64,000 bases of DNA, from assembly GCA_045863395.1 (NCBI GenBank), contig BTVJ01000016.1, positions 32,001 through 96,000 of the forward strand, written 5' to 3'. The position numbers and the translations under genes were made by a program. Shown here one piece after another: positions 27,779 to 36,664 of the stretch. The stretch comes from Myxococcales bacterium. Lineage in GTDB: Bacteria > Myxococcota_A > UBA9042 > JABWCM01 > BTVJ01. Within the stretch, counting starts at the first letter, position 1. Each line of letters begins with the position of its first letter. Below the pieces are notes generated by a model, which saw only the letters and a program-made list of their open reading frames with translations, was not told where the DNA came from and searched no databases.

Positions 27779-29031
27779 TGCGCACCTTCCAGGTCCTGCG
27801 CCGCCTCGTCTGGGGCCAGTGGGGGGGCATCGAGACCGTCGTGGTGTCCCTGTCTCGGGCCCTGCAGCGCGCCGGAGTCGAGACGGAGGTCCTGTGTACG
27901 GCGGCCCTCGACCGGCCTGGGGAGGAGGACGCGGACGGCCTCCACATCCGCCGCTTCGCCTACAGCTACCTGCGCGCGCCGCTGATGCGCCGAGACCGCG
28001 ACGCGCTGGATCGGAAGGGGGGCAATCCTCTCGTCCCTGGACTGATTCGAGCGATCCTGAGCCAGAAGGAGCTGGATCTCGTCGCCTGCCACACCATGGC
28101 GCGCATGGGTGGCTCCGTTCGAGCGGCGTGCCGCATGCGTGGCATCCCCTACGTGGTGACGCTGCATGGCGGCTACTTCCATGTCCCCAAGAACGAGCAG
28201 GTCCAGCTCCGGGCGCCTACCCGCCGATCCGTCGACCTGGGGCGCCCCCTCGACCTCGCGTTTGGGGCCTCGCGCTACCTCGCAGACGCAGCGGCGATCC
28301 TCTGCCTTGCCGAGGACGAGCTTCACGCCTGTCGGGAACGACTCCCGGGCGTGCCCTCGTATCGGCTGCGCAACGGGGTCGACACGGATCGATTCGCGGG
28401 GGCGACGGCCGGGGACGGCCTGAGCTTTCGCCGCCGCCACGGCATCCCGGACGACGCGCCCCTCGTCCTGTGCCTCGCCCGGGTCGACCCGCAGAAGGGG
28501 CAGGACGTCCTCCTGCGCGCAACGGCGCGGCTCATCAGGCGCCACCCCGCGCTGCACGTGGCGGTCGTCGGCCCGGAGACCGTGGCCTCCTTCGCCGAGG
28601 AGCTCCGCAAGGCTGCGGGCGCGGCCGGGCTCGCCGACCGCTTCCGCCTCGTGGGGCCCGTCGGCTTCTCCGACCCGGCGCTCCCGGGTGCCTACCGGGC
28701 CGCCGACATCTTCGTCCTGCCGTCGCGGCACGAGCCCTTCGGGGTCGTCCTCCTCGAGGCGTGGGCTGCCGGTCGCCCGGTCGTGGCGAGCGCGGTGGGC
28801 GGTATCCCAGGGTTCGTCGAGCACGAGCGCACGGGCCTGCTCGTCCCGTCCGACGACGAGGTCGCCCTCGCGGCGGCGCTGGATCGTGCCCTCGGAGACC
28901 CATCCCTGCGGCGCGCCCTGGGGCAGGCCGGGCAGGCGGAGGCCCGAGCGCGCTTCGACTGGGCAGCCATCACGGCGGAGGTCCGGTCCATCTACGACGA
29001 CGCGGTGCGGACGACGCGGCGGCGCTGGTAG
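27778..29031 (+). CDS. Glycosyltransferase family 4
   Basis: WGGIE, TLHG, ARVDPQKGQD, LPSRHEPFGVVLLEAWAAG. Confidence 0.9.
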   Translation: MRTFQVLRRLVWGQWGGIETVVVSLSRALQRAGVETEVLCTAALDRPGEEDADGLHIRRFAYSYLRAPLMRRDRDALDRKGGNPLVPGLIRAILSQKELDLVACHTMARMGGSVRAACRMRGIPYVVTLHGGYFHVPKNEQVQLRAPTRRSVDLGRPLDLAFGASRYLADAAAILCLAEDELHACRERLPGVPSYRLRNGVDTDRFAGATAGDGLSFRRRHGIPDDAPLVLCLARVDPQKGQDVLLRATARLIRRHPALHVAVVGPETVASFAEELRKAAGAAGLADRFRLVGPVGFSDPALPGAYRAADIFVLPSRHEPFGVVLLEAWAAGRPVVASAVGGIPGFVEHERTGLLVPSDDEVALAAALDRALGDPSLRRALGQAGQAEARARFDWAAITAEVRSIYDDAVRTTRRRW

Positions 29032-29055
29032 GGTCCTGCGGGACCTGCAGGACCC
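29031..29055 (+). terminator. GC-rich hairpin at end of polysaccharide operon
   Basis: GGGTCCTGC / GCAGGACCC 9-bp stem with 7-nt loop right after the TAG; no U-tract. Confidence 0.4.
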
Positions 29056-29146
29056 AGTGCGGAATCCGCACGCCCCGCGCCAGCCCTGGGCGCGCCCACA
29101 AGGTCCAACTCGCTGCAATCACGTGATTGTCACCGCCTCCCTGGGT

Positions 29147-29162
29147 TGGCCTGCGTGTTGCT
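29147..29162 (+). promoter_or_regulatory. Putative sigma54 (-24/-12) promoter
   Basis: TGGC-CTGCGTG-TTGCT has exact TGGC-N7-TTGC spacing, about 40 nt before ATG 29204. Confidence 0.55.
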
Positions 29163-29203
29163 ATCGTCGCGAGCAGAGACGCTGCCGCCACGTGGAGGCC
29201 GAG

Positions 29204-30337
29204 ATGAGAGCGCGAGTCGCATGGGCCGGCGTCACGGCCCTCCTTGCTGTGGCAGCGTGCGACCCAGGTGGCAGTGAGGCGCCCGACGGGTCGCAGCCCC
29301 CTCTGGTCGACGCGGTGGACGATACGGACCAGGCAGGCGGCGAGGGGGCTACTGACGCGACGACGGGCGCCGACACGGGCGGCGGCCCGGACCTCGGCGC
29401 GACACACGACGGCGCCCCTGGCGATGCCTCCGTGGCGCCCGAGGACACGCAGTGGGCGGTGGGCGACCCGGCGGTCCTGGTCGGCGCCTTCCAGATCGCG
29501 CTCGTCCAGCCCGTTCCCGCAACGGCGACCAGCGACGCCGTGCCAGGCTTCACCTCCTTCCTCGGCAAGGTCTTCGACGGTCCGACCCCGGACACCACGG
29601 TGTGGGACCTGGTCTCCGCGGACGGGGGCTGCCGGCTCCTGACGCCGCGCGCGCCATGGTGTGAAGGTGGGTGTGGCCCCGACGCCTGCGTGGAGGATGG
29701 GGTCTGCCACCCGTGGCCCAAGGCCCGGACGGTGGGGACGGTCCAGGTGAGCGGCGTCAAAGGGCCCGATGGCAAAGCGACGCTCGCCATCGACCCCATC
29801 GGGACCTCCTATCAGCCGACGGGGGGCACCCTCCCCTACCCGGCCTTCGGCGCGGGCGACCCGATCATCGTCGCCGCCGCCGGGAGCGACCTCTGCGGCC
29901 CATTCGAGGCGCAGGCGTCGGGGGTCGCGCCCCTGGAGCTGACGTCCGGGCCCGTAGGGATCGTGCCGGGGACTCCGCTCGCGCTGACCTGGGCAGCGCC
30001 GGGACTCACGGTGGGGGCAATGATCCACGTCAAGGTGGACCTCAGCCACCACGGAGGGTCCAAGGGGCTGCTCCTCTGCGAGGTCGAGGACACCGGGGCG
30101 CTGACCGTGCCCCTGGCGCTGTCCGACGGCCTGGTGGCGCTCGGCTACTCGGGGTTTCCGACCATCGTGGTCACGCGCCGCTCGACCGGGTCCGCGGTCA
30201 TCCCCCCCGGGCGCGTGGACGTCGTCGTCTCGTCCGCGGTGGAGCTGCCCGTGTCACTCCCGGGGCTCACGTCCTGCACCGATGACGCGGACTGTCCCCC
30301 TGGAGAGGCGTGCCAGTTCGACTTGAAGTGCCAATAG
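29204..30337 (+). CDS. Lipoprotein, hypothetical (Cys-rich)
   Basis: GGAGG RBS; lipobox VAAC; D/G/A/T linker; C-terminal CTDDADCPPGEAC. Confidence 0.8.
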   Translation: MRARVAWAGVTALLAVAACDPGGSEAPDGSQPPLVDAVDDTDQAGGEGATDATTGADTGGGPDLGATHDGAPGDASVAPEDTQWAVGDPAVLVGAFQIALVQPVPATATSDAVPGFTSFLGKVFDGPTPDTTVWDLVSADGGCRLLTPRAPWCEGGCGPDACVEDGVCHPWPKARTVGTVQVSGVKGPDGKATLAIDPIGTSYQPTGGTLPYPAFGAGDPIIVAAAGSDLCGPFEAQASGVAPLELTSGPVGIVPGTPLALTWAAPGLTVGAMIHVKVDLSHHGGSKGLLLCEVEDTGALTVPLALSDGLVALGYSGFPTIVVTRRSTGSAVIPPGRVDVVVSSAVELPVSLPGLTSCTDDADCPPGEACQFDLKCQ

Positions 30338-30396
30338 GGAGGTGCCGGCGGGTGCCGCACCTGGAGCCTGATCAACTTGGATTGGGAGACTCGGCG

Positions 30397-31569
30397 ATGA
30401 GAGACGCGACGAGGGCGGTGGTGGTTGCCGCGCTCCTGTTCGGTGCGTGCGACGGCGACGGAGCGGACGCCGGCCTCGGCGTGGACGGATCGGCCTTCGA
30501 GGGGGCCGATGGGGCGGCCGGGGACGCGGGCGGCGGCGAGGCGACGGGCGGAGAATCCGGGGGCGGCAAGCCGGCGGCGGACGCGCAGGGGAGTGTGAGC
30601 GACTCCCAGGCGGGATCCGCGGGCGGGGGAGCGGGTGACGCCCCAACCGGAGCGGGAGGAGACTCCACCGGCGACCCGGCCGCTGACGCAGGCACGGCCA
30701 GCGGCGGAGCGGGCGGGACGGACACCAGTCCAGGCGGGACCTCAGACGGCGGAGCCAGCGGCGGCACGGCGGACGCGGGCGCGACGGCCGACCTCCCCCA
30801 CTTCAGCTTCTTCGTGACGAGCTACGAGTCCATCCAGGAGCTGTCGGGCAGCGTCAACGGCTTCGGTGGCGACCTGCGGTTCGGGGAGAGCGGGCCCGGG
30901 GCTGGGCTCCGGGGAGCGGACGCCATGTGCGCCGTCATCGCGGAGATGAGCATGCCCGGCGCGGCCGCCAAGCAGTGGCGCGCCTTCCTGAGCGTGACCG
31001 CCGACGAGAGCGGCGCGCAGGTGGACGCCATCGACCGGGTCGGCGAGGGGCCCTGGTACGACCGCGTCGGGCGGCTCGTGGCCCTGACCAAGGCGGATCT
31101 CATCAGCGAGCGCCCGAAGGGGGCGGACGCGGCCATCCTCAACGACCTGCCCAACGAGTGGGGGGTGCCGAACCACCAGCCAGACCCCACCAAACCCAAG
31201 GTGGACAACCACGACACGCTGACCGGCAGCAACGCGCAGGGCAGGCTCTTCAGCGCCACGGCCACATGCAAGGACTGGACGACCTCTGATGGGTCGACCG
31301 CCAACGGGAAACCGCGCGTGGGGCACACCTGGCCCACGCAGACGGGAGGGGGCGGCCCCGGAGGGGGCCCCGGCGGAGGCAAGCCGGGCGGCGGGGGCGG
31401 CCCCAGCGGCGGCGACGGCAGCATGGCGCACTGGATCTCCGCCCTCAACGAAGCGGGCTGCGGCGCGGGCGTGAATCTCATCGAGTCGGGCGGGCCACCG
31501 CCAGGATCCACCACCGTCGGGGCCGGTGGCGGGTACGGCGGCTTCTACTGCTTCGCGCTGATGCCCTGA
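30397..31569 (+). CDS. Lipoprotein with endostatin/DUF1554-like (C-type-lectin-fold) domain
   Basis: Lipobox FGAC; Gly/Asp linker; FFVTS..GLRGADAMC..WRAFLS..AIDRVGEGPWY..HDTLTGS..FYCFA. Confidence 0.7.
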   Translation: MRDATRAVVVAALLFGACDGDGADAGLGVDGSAFEGADGAAGDAGGGEATGGESGGGKPAADAQGSVSDSQAGSAGGGAGDAPTGAGGDSTGDPAADAGTASGGAGGTDTSPGGTSDGGASGGTADAGATADLPHFSFFVTSYESIQELSGSVNGFGGDLRFGESGPGAGLRGADAMCAVIAEMSMPGAAAKQWRAFLSVTADESGAQVDAIDRVGEGPWYDRVGRLVALTKADLISERPKGADAAILNDLPNEWGVPNHQPDPTKPKVDNHDTLTGSNAQGRLFSATATCKDWTTSDGSTANGKPRVGHTWPTQTGGGGPGGGPGGGKPGGGGGPSGGDGSMAHWISALNEAGCGAGVNLIESGGPPPGSTTVGAGGGYGGFYCFALMP

Positions 31570-31570
31570 G

Positions 31571-32632
31571 TCACGCGACGGGGACGACGAAGAGGTCCTG
31601 CGCCGGCAGCCCCACCACCCCGTCGGTGCCCACCCTCAGCGCCAGCTTCCGCGCCACGCGGGCGCCGACCTTGATCTCGAGGGTCGCCCCCGTCGCCGCG
31701 AGAAAGCGCAGGTGCGCGGACTCGCCCAGATCGAGCACCGCCTCGTAGCGCCCCTGGAGCAGGGCCTCGTCGGGCCTCGGCGGCTCCCCGGGGACACGGA
31801 GTGCCACGTGCTCCGAGCGGATGCCGACCAGACAGGTGCCACGCGAGAGGGGGCCGGGAACCCGGAGTGCGCCGCCGAGGGGTGCGCAGTCGACCGCGTC
31901 AGGCCGCGTGACTTGCGCAGGAAACAGATTCTTGATTCCCAGAAAGCGCGCCACGCCTTCCGTGGCGGGACGGCGGTAGACAGACTCCCGAGCTCCCTGC
32001 TGTTGTGCGCACCCGGCAATCAGGACCGTGATCTGTGCGGCCAGGACGTAGGCCTCGCTCAGATCGTGCGTGATGAGAACCACGGTCAGGCCCCGCTCGT
32101 GGCGGAGCCCGTCGAGGAGCCACCACAGCTCGCGGCGGAGGGTCTCGTTGAGCGCTGCAAACGGCTCGTCGAGCAACACGATGCGCGGGTCCGCCACCAG
32201 CGCGCGCACCAGCGCCACGCGCTGTCGCTCTCCGCCGGACAGCGTGCCCGGGTAACGCCCCAGCAGGGGGGCGATGCCCGTCGCCTCGACGAGGCGCGAT
32301 ACGTGAGGATCGGCCTCCGAGAGTCGGTGGCCGCGAGCGCGAGCGCTGTACGCGAGATTCTCCCGCACGGAGAGGTGCGGAAACAGGCCGAGGGTCTGGG
32401 GTACGTAGCCCATGCGTCGGCGCTCCATGGGCCACTCGGTCACGTCGTCCCCGCCGAGGCGGACCCGCCCCGCGAGGAGGGGCGCGGCCCCCAGGATCGC
32501 CCGCAGCAGCGTGGTCTTGCCCGATCCGGACGGCCCAAGCACGGCGTGACACTGCCCGGACGGCACGTCGAGCGAAACGTCGTGAAGCGTGAAGGCACCG
32601 GCGCGGGCCTGGAGTCCCCGGACGTCAAGCAT
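31571..32632 (-). CDS. modC: Molybdate/tungstate ABC transporter ATP-binding subunit
   Basis: GPSGSGKT, LSGGERQR, LLDEPF, ITHD; C-terminal TOBE-like region. Confidence 0.85.
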   Translation of the reverse strand: MLDVRGLQARAGAFTLHDVSLDVPSGQCHAVLGPSGSGKTTLLRAILGAAPLLAGRVRLGGDDVTEWPMERRRMGYVPQTLGLFPHLSVRENLAYSARARGHRLSEADPHVSRLVEATGIAPLLGRYPGTLSGGERQRVALVRALVADPRIVLLDEPFAALNETLRRELWWLLDGLRHERGLTVVLITHDLSEAYVLAAQITVLIAGCAQQQGARESVYRRPATEGVARFLGIKNLFPAQVTRPDAVDCAPLGGALRVPGPLSRGTCLVGIRSEHVALRVPGEPPRPDEALLQGRYEAVLDLGESAHLRFLAATGATLEIKVGARVARKLALRVGTDGVVGLPAQDLFVVPVA

Positions 32633-33401
32633 GGGCTGGGCTCCGAAGGAGGCGCCGCGCGACGAAGAGCGAACCGAGGCCGATGGTGACCAGCACGAGG
32701 ATCAGCGCAACGGTCCCCTCGATGTCGGCGGTGGACAGGCGCAGGAAGATGGCGACGGGCAGGGTCTCCGTGCGCATGGCCATGGTGCCGGCAACCATCA
32801 GGGTCGCCCCGAACTCTCCCATCGCCTTGGCCCAGGCCAGGATGAGGGCCGCCACCATGCCACGGCGCGCAAGCGGCAGGGTGACCGTGAAGAACACGTG
32901 GCGTGGGCTCGCGCCGAGGGTCCGGGCGACGGTCTCCAGCTCTGCCGGGACCTCGTCGAAGGCCGCCTTGAGCATGCGCACGGCGACGCCCAGGATGGTG
33001 ACGAGCTGCGCCAGCACGATGCCCGCAAACGTGAACACGAAGCGGACCACGCTCTGCTGCACCCACTCACCGAGCGGATTGTTGAAGAAGATCAGAAGGA
33101 TGGCGCCAAGCGCCGCCGGTGAGACGATGATGGGAAACTCCAAGAGGGTCTCCACCGCCTCCTTGCCGCGAAACGAGTAGCGGGACAAGGCGTAGGCCGC
33201 GGGGACCGCGATCACCAGGGCGATGACGGTGGCCACCGTCGCCGCGAGCAGGGACAGACGCACTGAGAACAGCGTCCGCTCCGACGTCAACGTCGAGGAG
33301 AGGGTGTCTCCGTCGAGGAACCACGTCAGAGAGAGGATCAGGCCCCCATACAGGGCGAGCACTGCCAGCGCGGCGGCGATGCTGGTGCGGCGGAGGCTCA
33401 C
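32625..33401 (-). CDS. modB: Molybdate/tungstate ABC transporter permease
   Basis: GTG start overlapping modA stop; EAA-loop ELETVARTLGAS; AKAMGEFGATLMVAG. Confidence 0.85.
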   Translation of the reverse strand: MSLRRTSIAAALAVLALYGGLILSLTWFLDGDTLSSTLTSERTLFSVRLSLLAATVATVIALVIAVPAAYALSRYSFRGKEAVETLLEFPIIVSPAALGAILLIFFNNPLGEWVQQSVVRFVFTFAGIVLAQLVTILGVAVRMLKAAFDEVPAELETVARTLGASPRHVFFTVTLPLARRGMVAALILAWAKAMGEFGATLMVAGTMAMRTETLPVAIFLRLSTADIEGTVALILVLVTIGLGSLFVARRLLRSPAHA

Positions 33402-34303
33402 CGCGGGCCGGTCAGCCACGATGAGGGGACCTTGAACTCGCCGCCGACGGGGCGCTCGGCCCCGAGCCACGCGGTGGCATCCTTGGCGCTCGCGAAGTAG
33501 TGGTGTCTCGCGAAGATCGCCTGTCCCTCCGTCCCCGCCAGGAAGTCGATGAACCGCTGGGCGGCTGCCCGGTCCTTGGTGAACCGGGAGATGGCGACGG
33601 GAATGTACCCGATCCTGGGAACCTGTGCGGCAGATAGACGGACTGTCTCGATTCGCTCGGGGTCCCAGTGCTCGAAGACGCTCCACCCGATGACCGCGTC
33701 GGCCATCTTCAGGGAGATGGCCGTGGCGGTCTTCTCGCAGGACTCGGTATAGTTGATCAGATTCTTGCGGAAGGCGGACCGCTCCTCGGGGGTGAACTCA
33801 CGCTCGATGATCTCCACGGCGAAGGCCCCGACACAGACACCCTCCGGGTTGGCGATGGCCACCCGCAGCCCGGGCCGGGTCAGATCCCTCAGTGTGCGGA
33901 TCCCGTGGGGATTCCCCCGCTGCACGTTGATGGCAGAGACCAGGTAGACGATGACCCGCTCCGTCTCCGGGAGGACGTCTCCGTCCCGCTTGGCCTTCTC
34001 CATGTAGTCCGACGACCCTGGGAAGTAGATGTCCCCCTCCTTCGCGAGCTTCATCTGGGCCAGGACGGTGCCCGAGCCGCCGAAGATGACGTCCAGCTTC
34101 ACGCCGGTCGCCTGCTCGTAGGCCCGGACCGCCTCCTCCGTCGGCGGCTTGGAGGCCGCACCAGCGTAGACGAGGAGCCGCGCGGGCGCGTCGGGGGTGG
34201 ACGGAGACGCTCCACTCCGGCTGCACGCGGGGGTGAGGGCGGCGATGACGATTGCCAGGGCAGCGAGGGGCATCGGCGCGGGTCTCCAAGTCGCTCGATT
34301 CAC
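33398..34303 (-). CDS. modA: Molybdate/tungstate ABC transporter substrate-binding lipoprotein
   Basis: Lipobox TPAC; VYAGAASK, FGGSGTVLAQ, VQRGNPHGI, IANPE; exact start uncertain. Confidence 0.85.
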   Translation of the reverse strand: MNRATWRPAPMPLAALAIVIAALTPACSRSGASPSTPDAPARLLVYAGAASKPPTEEAVRAYEQATGVKLDVIFGGSGTVLAQMKLAKEGDIYFPGSSDYMEKAKRDGDVLPETERVIVYLVSAINVQRGNPHGIRTLRDLTRPGLRVAIANPEGVCVGAFAVEIIEREFTPEERSAFRKNLINYTESCEKTATAISLKMADAVIGWSVFEHWDPERIETVRLSAAQVPRIGYIPVAISRFTKDRAAAQRFIDFLAGTEGQAIFARHHYFASAKDATAWLGAERPVGGEFKVPSSWLTGPR

Positions 34304-34334
34304 AGCGGTTGTCCTTGTGTCGAAGCGATCATCG

Positions 34335-35435
34335 TCACGCCGCCTCTACGTCCGCCACACGCCGCCCGGTCTCCGCCAGGTCGTAGCCCAGGGCAGACAG
34401 CTCGCGACGGACGGGCGCCGACACGAGCGCGTCGAGGAGGCGCTCCACGCGCCCATCGGTGAGCAGGGACCGTGGAAGCACCAGGTCGTACCGCTCCTCG
34501 GCGAGCGGCAGGAACCGGAGCCCGAAGGCCATGGCCGCGTCCCGGGTCGCCACCCCCACGTCCGCGGCGCCCATGACCACCGCGCGGGCCACCTCCAGGT
34601 GCCCGGGGGCCCGCAGCGGCGTATCGGCGAGCGTGACAGGGAGGCCCGTGGCCCGAAGCTCGCGCTCCAGCAGACGCTGGGCCCCGGCGCCGCCCTCACG
34701 CCCCACGAGCCGGACGCCGGGATGCGCCAGGTCCGCCACGGAGCGCGCGCCCTCGGCGCCCCCCCGTGTGACGAGCCCCGCCTCCCACCGCGCCAGGGTC
34801 ACCAGGGTCAATGCGTCCCGCGCGCCGAGCCGGCGAACGTCGGCGACGTTGGCGTCGCCAGAGCCGGTGTCCGCCAGGTGGACACCTGCGACGTGCGTCT
34901 CTCCACGGGCCAGGGCGGCCAGCGCGGCACCGCTCGACGAGGCGAACCAGAGGAGGCGCCCGATGCCACGCCCGTTGAGCCGGTCCGCCAGCAGGCCCAG
35001 GGCAGCCGCGCAGCCCATCACGACCAGGTTCTGCGCTGCGTCGGCGAGCGGTCGCATGGGCTCGACGATCACCGCGGCGCCTCGCGTCGAGACGACGAAG
35101 CCGTCGGCGGACAGGCGCAGCCCGTCTCCCCCGAGAGGCAGGGACACCCACCGCCCGCCGACGTGGGCGAGGGCGACCCGCCCCAACGAGCCGGGCACGG
35201 CAGAGGCCATCTCGATGGCCTCGTGAGGCGCGCCGAACAGCTCCTCCACGCGACAGCCGAGGGCCCCCGCGATGCGCAAGGCCACGTCGACGCCAGGCAC
35301 CGCTCGCCCCGCCTCGATGGCCCCGACGCTCTGCCGCGACAGGGAGACCAGCTCGGCGAGGCGCCCCTGCGAGACCCCCCGCTCCTCTCGCACCCGCCGC
35401 ACCCGGTTTGACTCACGACCAGCCATGGAAAGCAT
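34335..35435 (-). CDS. XRE-family HTH regulator with C-terminal molybdate-binding PBP domain
   Basis: NRVRRVREERGVSQGRLAELVSLSRQSVGAIEAG (HTH_3); SSGAALAALARGETHVAGVHL, REGGAGAQ, ERYDLV (PBP_like). Start may be 35426. Confidence 0.85.
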   Translation of the reverse strand: MLSMAGRESNRVRRVREERGVSQGRLAELVSLSRQSVGAIEAGRAVPGVDVALRIAGALGCRVEELFGAPHEAIEMASAVPGSLGRVALAHVGGRWVSLPLGGDGLRLSADGFVVSTRGAAVIVEPMRPLADAAQNLVVMGCAAALGLLADRLNGRGIGRLLWFASSSGAALAALARGETHVAGVHLADTGSGDANVADVRRLGARDALTLVTLARWEAGLVTRGGAEGARSVADLAHPGVRLVGREGGAGAQRLLERELRATGLPVTLADTPLRAPGHLEVARAVVMGAADVGVATRDAAMAFGLRFLPLAEERYDLVLPRSLLTDGRVERLLDALVSAPVRRELSALGYDLAETGRRVADVEAA

Positions 35436-35544
35436 GCTTTACATCATGACGCGCATACGTGCAAGCCCCTCCCTCTCCTCGGCGGCCTCCCATTGGGCAT
35501 GTGGTGGGTGTACCATGGCCCCGATGGGCGGAGAGGAGGCTCGC

Positions 35545-36591
35545 ATGAAGCTCGGTTGGACTCGCTGGTACGGGGCACTGTGCTTCGCCGGGTGTACCGC
35601 CGGGTCAGGCACGACCCAGGGCACGGACGGGAGCTCCGTGGGAGACACGGCCATCACGACGGACGCGGGCGCGGAGACCGCCGGCGGGGACGGCGCCGGC
35701 GGGGACGGCGCCGGCGGGGACGGCGCGGGCGCCTCAGATGCGCCCCATGACGACGCGGTCGCCGATGCATCCTCCACCCTGGATGGAGCCGCGGACGGGA
35801 GCCCGGGGCTCGACGGCGCTCCCGCCGTGGACGCCGGTCCCGATGCGCGCCTCCTGCTGGTGGCGGTCCAGGAGTCAAGCAGCCCTGGCAACGAGGGCTA
35901 CGCCTTCGCCTGGGTGGAGAACCCACCCTTCCACATCCCGCTCGGTCCGGCCACGCTGGTCCGCGGGGACTGCGCGTATCACCCGGCCCTCGTGCCGGTC
36001 CCGTGCGAGCCCGTGTGCCAGGCCCCCACGTTCTGCGGCCTCGATGGCACCTGCCAGATGCACGAGGAGCGCTTCGACGCCGGCGCGATCACCATCGCTG
36101 GACTCAAGTCAGCCGTGACGCTGGTCGCAAGCGGGCCGTACCACTACTACAGCGCCGCGCTGGACCCTGAGCCCGCCGGCGGCGAGCTGTTCGACGCAGG
36201 CACCCTCATCACCGCCACGGGCCCGGGCACTGCGCAGTTTCCCCCCTTCGTGGCCGCTGGCACCGGCGTCGCAGACATGGAGACTCCCCTCCCGTGCGCC
36301 CTCGATCCCCAACCCGGGGAGGACCTGCTGGTCACCTGGACCCCCGGGGACACCCCATCCGTCCGCTTCCAGATGCAGAGCGGCAACCACGGGGAGCAGT
36401 TCAGCCACATCATGTGCGAGGCTCCAGACACCGGCGGGCTCATCGTGGACGGAGAGCTGCTCACGCTGTACCTGGCCGACTGGCACCCGCTGGAGTCGTG
36501 GCGCCTCAGCCGAACGGTCACCCAGGAGACGACCCTGCCGGGCGCCCGGGTGCGCGTGGTGGCCGGGAGCACCGCAGGGTGCAACTACTGA
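35545..36591 (+). CDS. Lipoprotein, hypothetical; apparent distant paralog of 29204..30337
   Basis: GAGGAGG RBS; lipobox FAGC; shared Cys cluster and TW..HG..CE.xDTG.L.V pattern. Confidence 0.75.
   Translation: MKLGWTRWYGALCFAGCTAGSGTTQGTDGSSVGDTAITTDAGAETAGGDGAGGDGAGGDGAGASDAPHDDAVADASSTLDGAADGSPGLDGAPAVDAGPDARLLLVAVQESSSPGNEGYAFAWVENPPFHIPLGPATLVRGDCAYHPALVPVPCEPVCQAPTFCGLDGTCQMHEERFDAGAITIAGLKSAVTLVASGPYHYYSAALDPEPAGGELFDAGTLITATGPGTAQFPPFVAAGTGVADMETPLPCALDPQPGEDLLVTWTPGDTPSVRFQMQSGNHGEQFSHIMCEAPDTGGLIVDGELLTLYLADWHPLESWRLSRTVTQETTLPGARVRVVAGSTAGCNY
35680..35724 (+). repeat. Coding tandem repeat, 15 bp x3 (AGGDG)
   Basis: GCCGGCGGGGACGGC three times in the lipoprotein linker. Confidence 0.85.
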
Positions 36592-36664
36592 GACGGAGGG
36601 ATGAGGGCCGCCCCACGGGGGCGCCGTGCCCGTCCTGAAAAGTGACCCAGGTGGGCGGGAGAGG

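Noticed and set aside
35436..35470. Operator or promoter for the molybdate regulator
   Set aside because: AT-richer patch with TTGCAC on the minus strand, but no convincing -10 spacing or clean palindrome.
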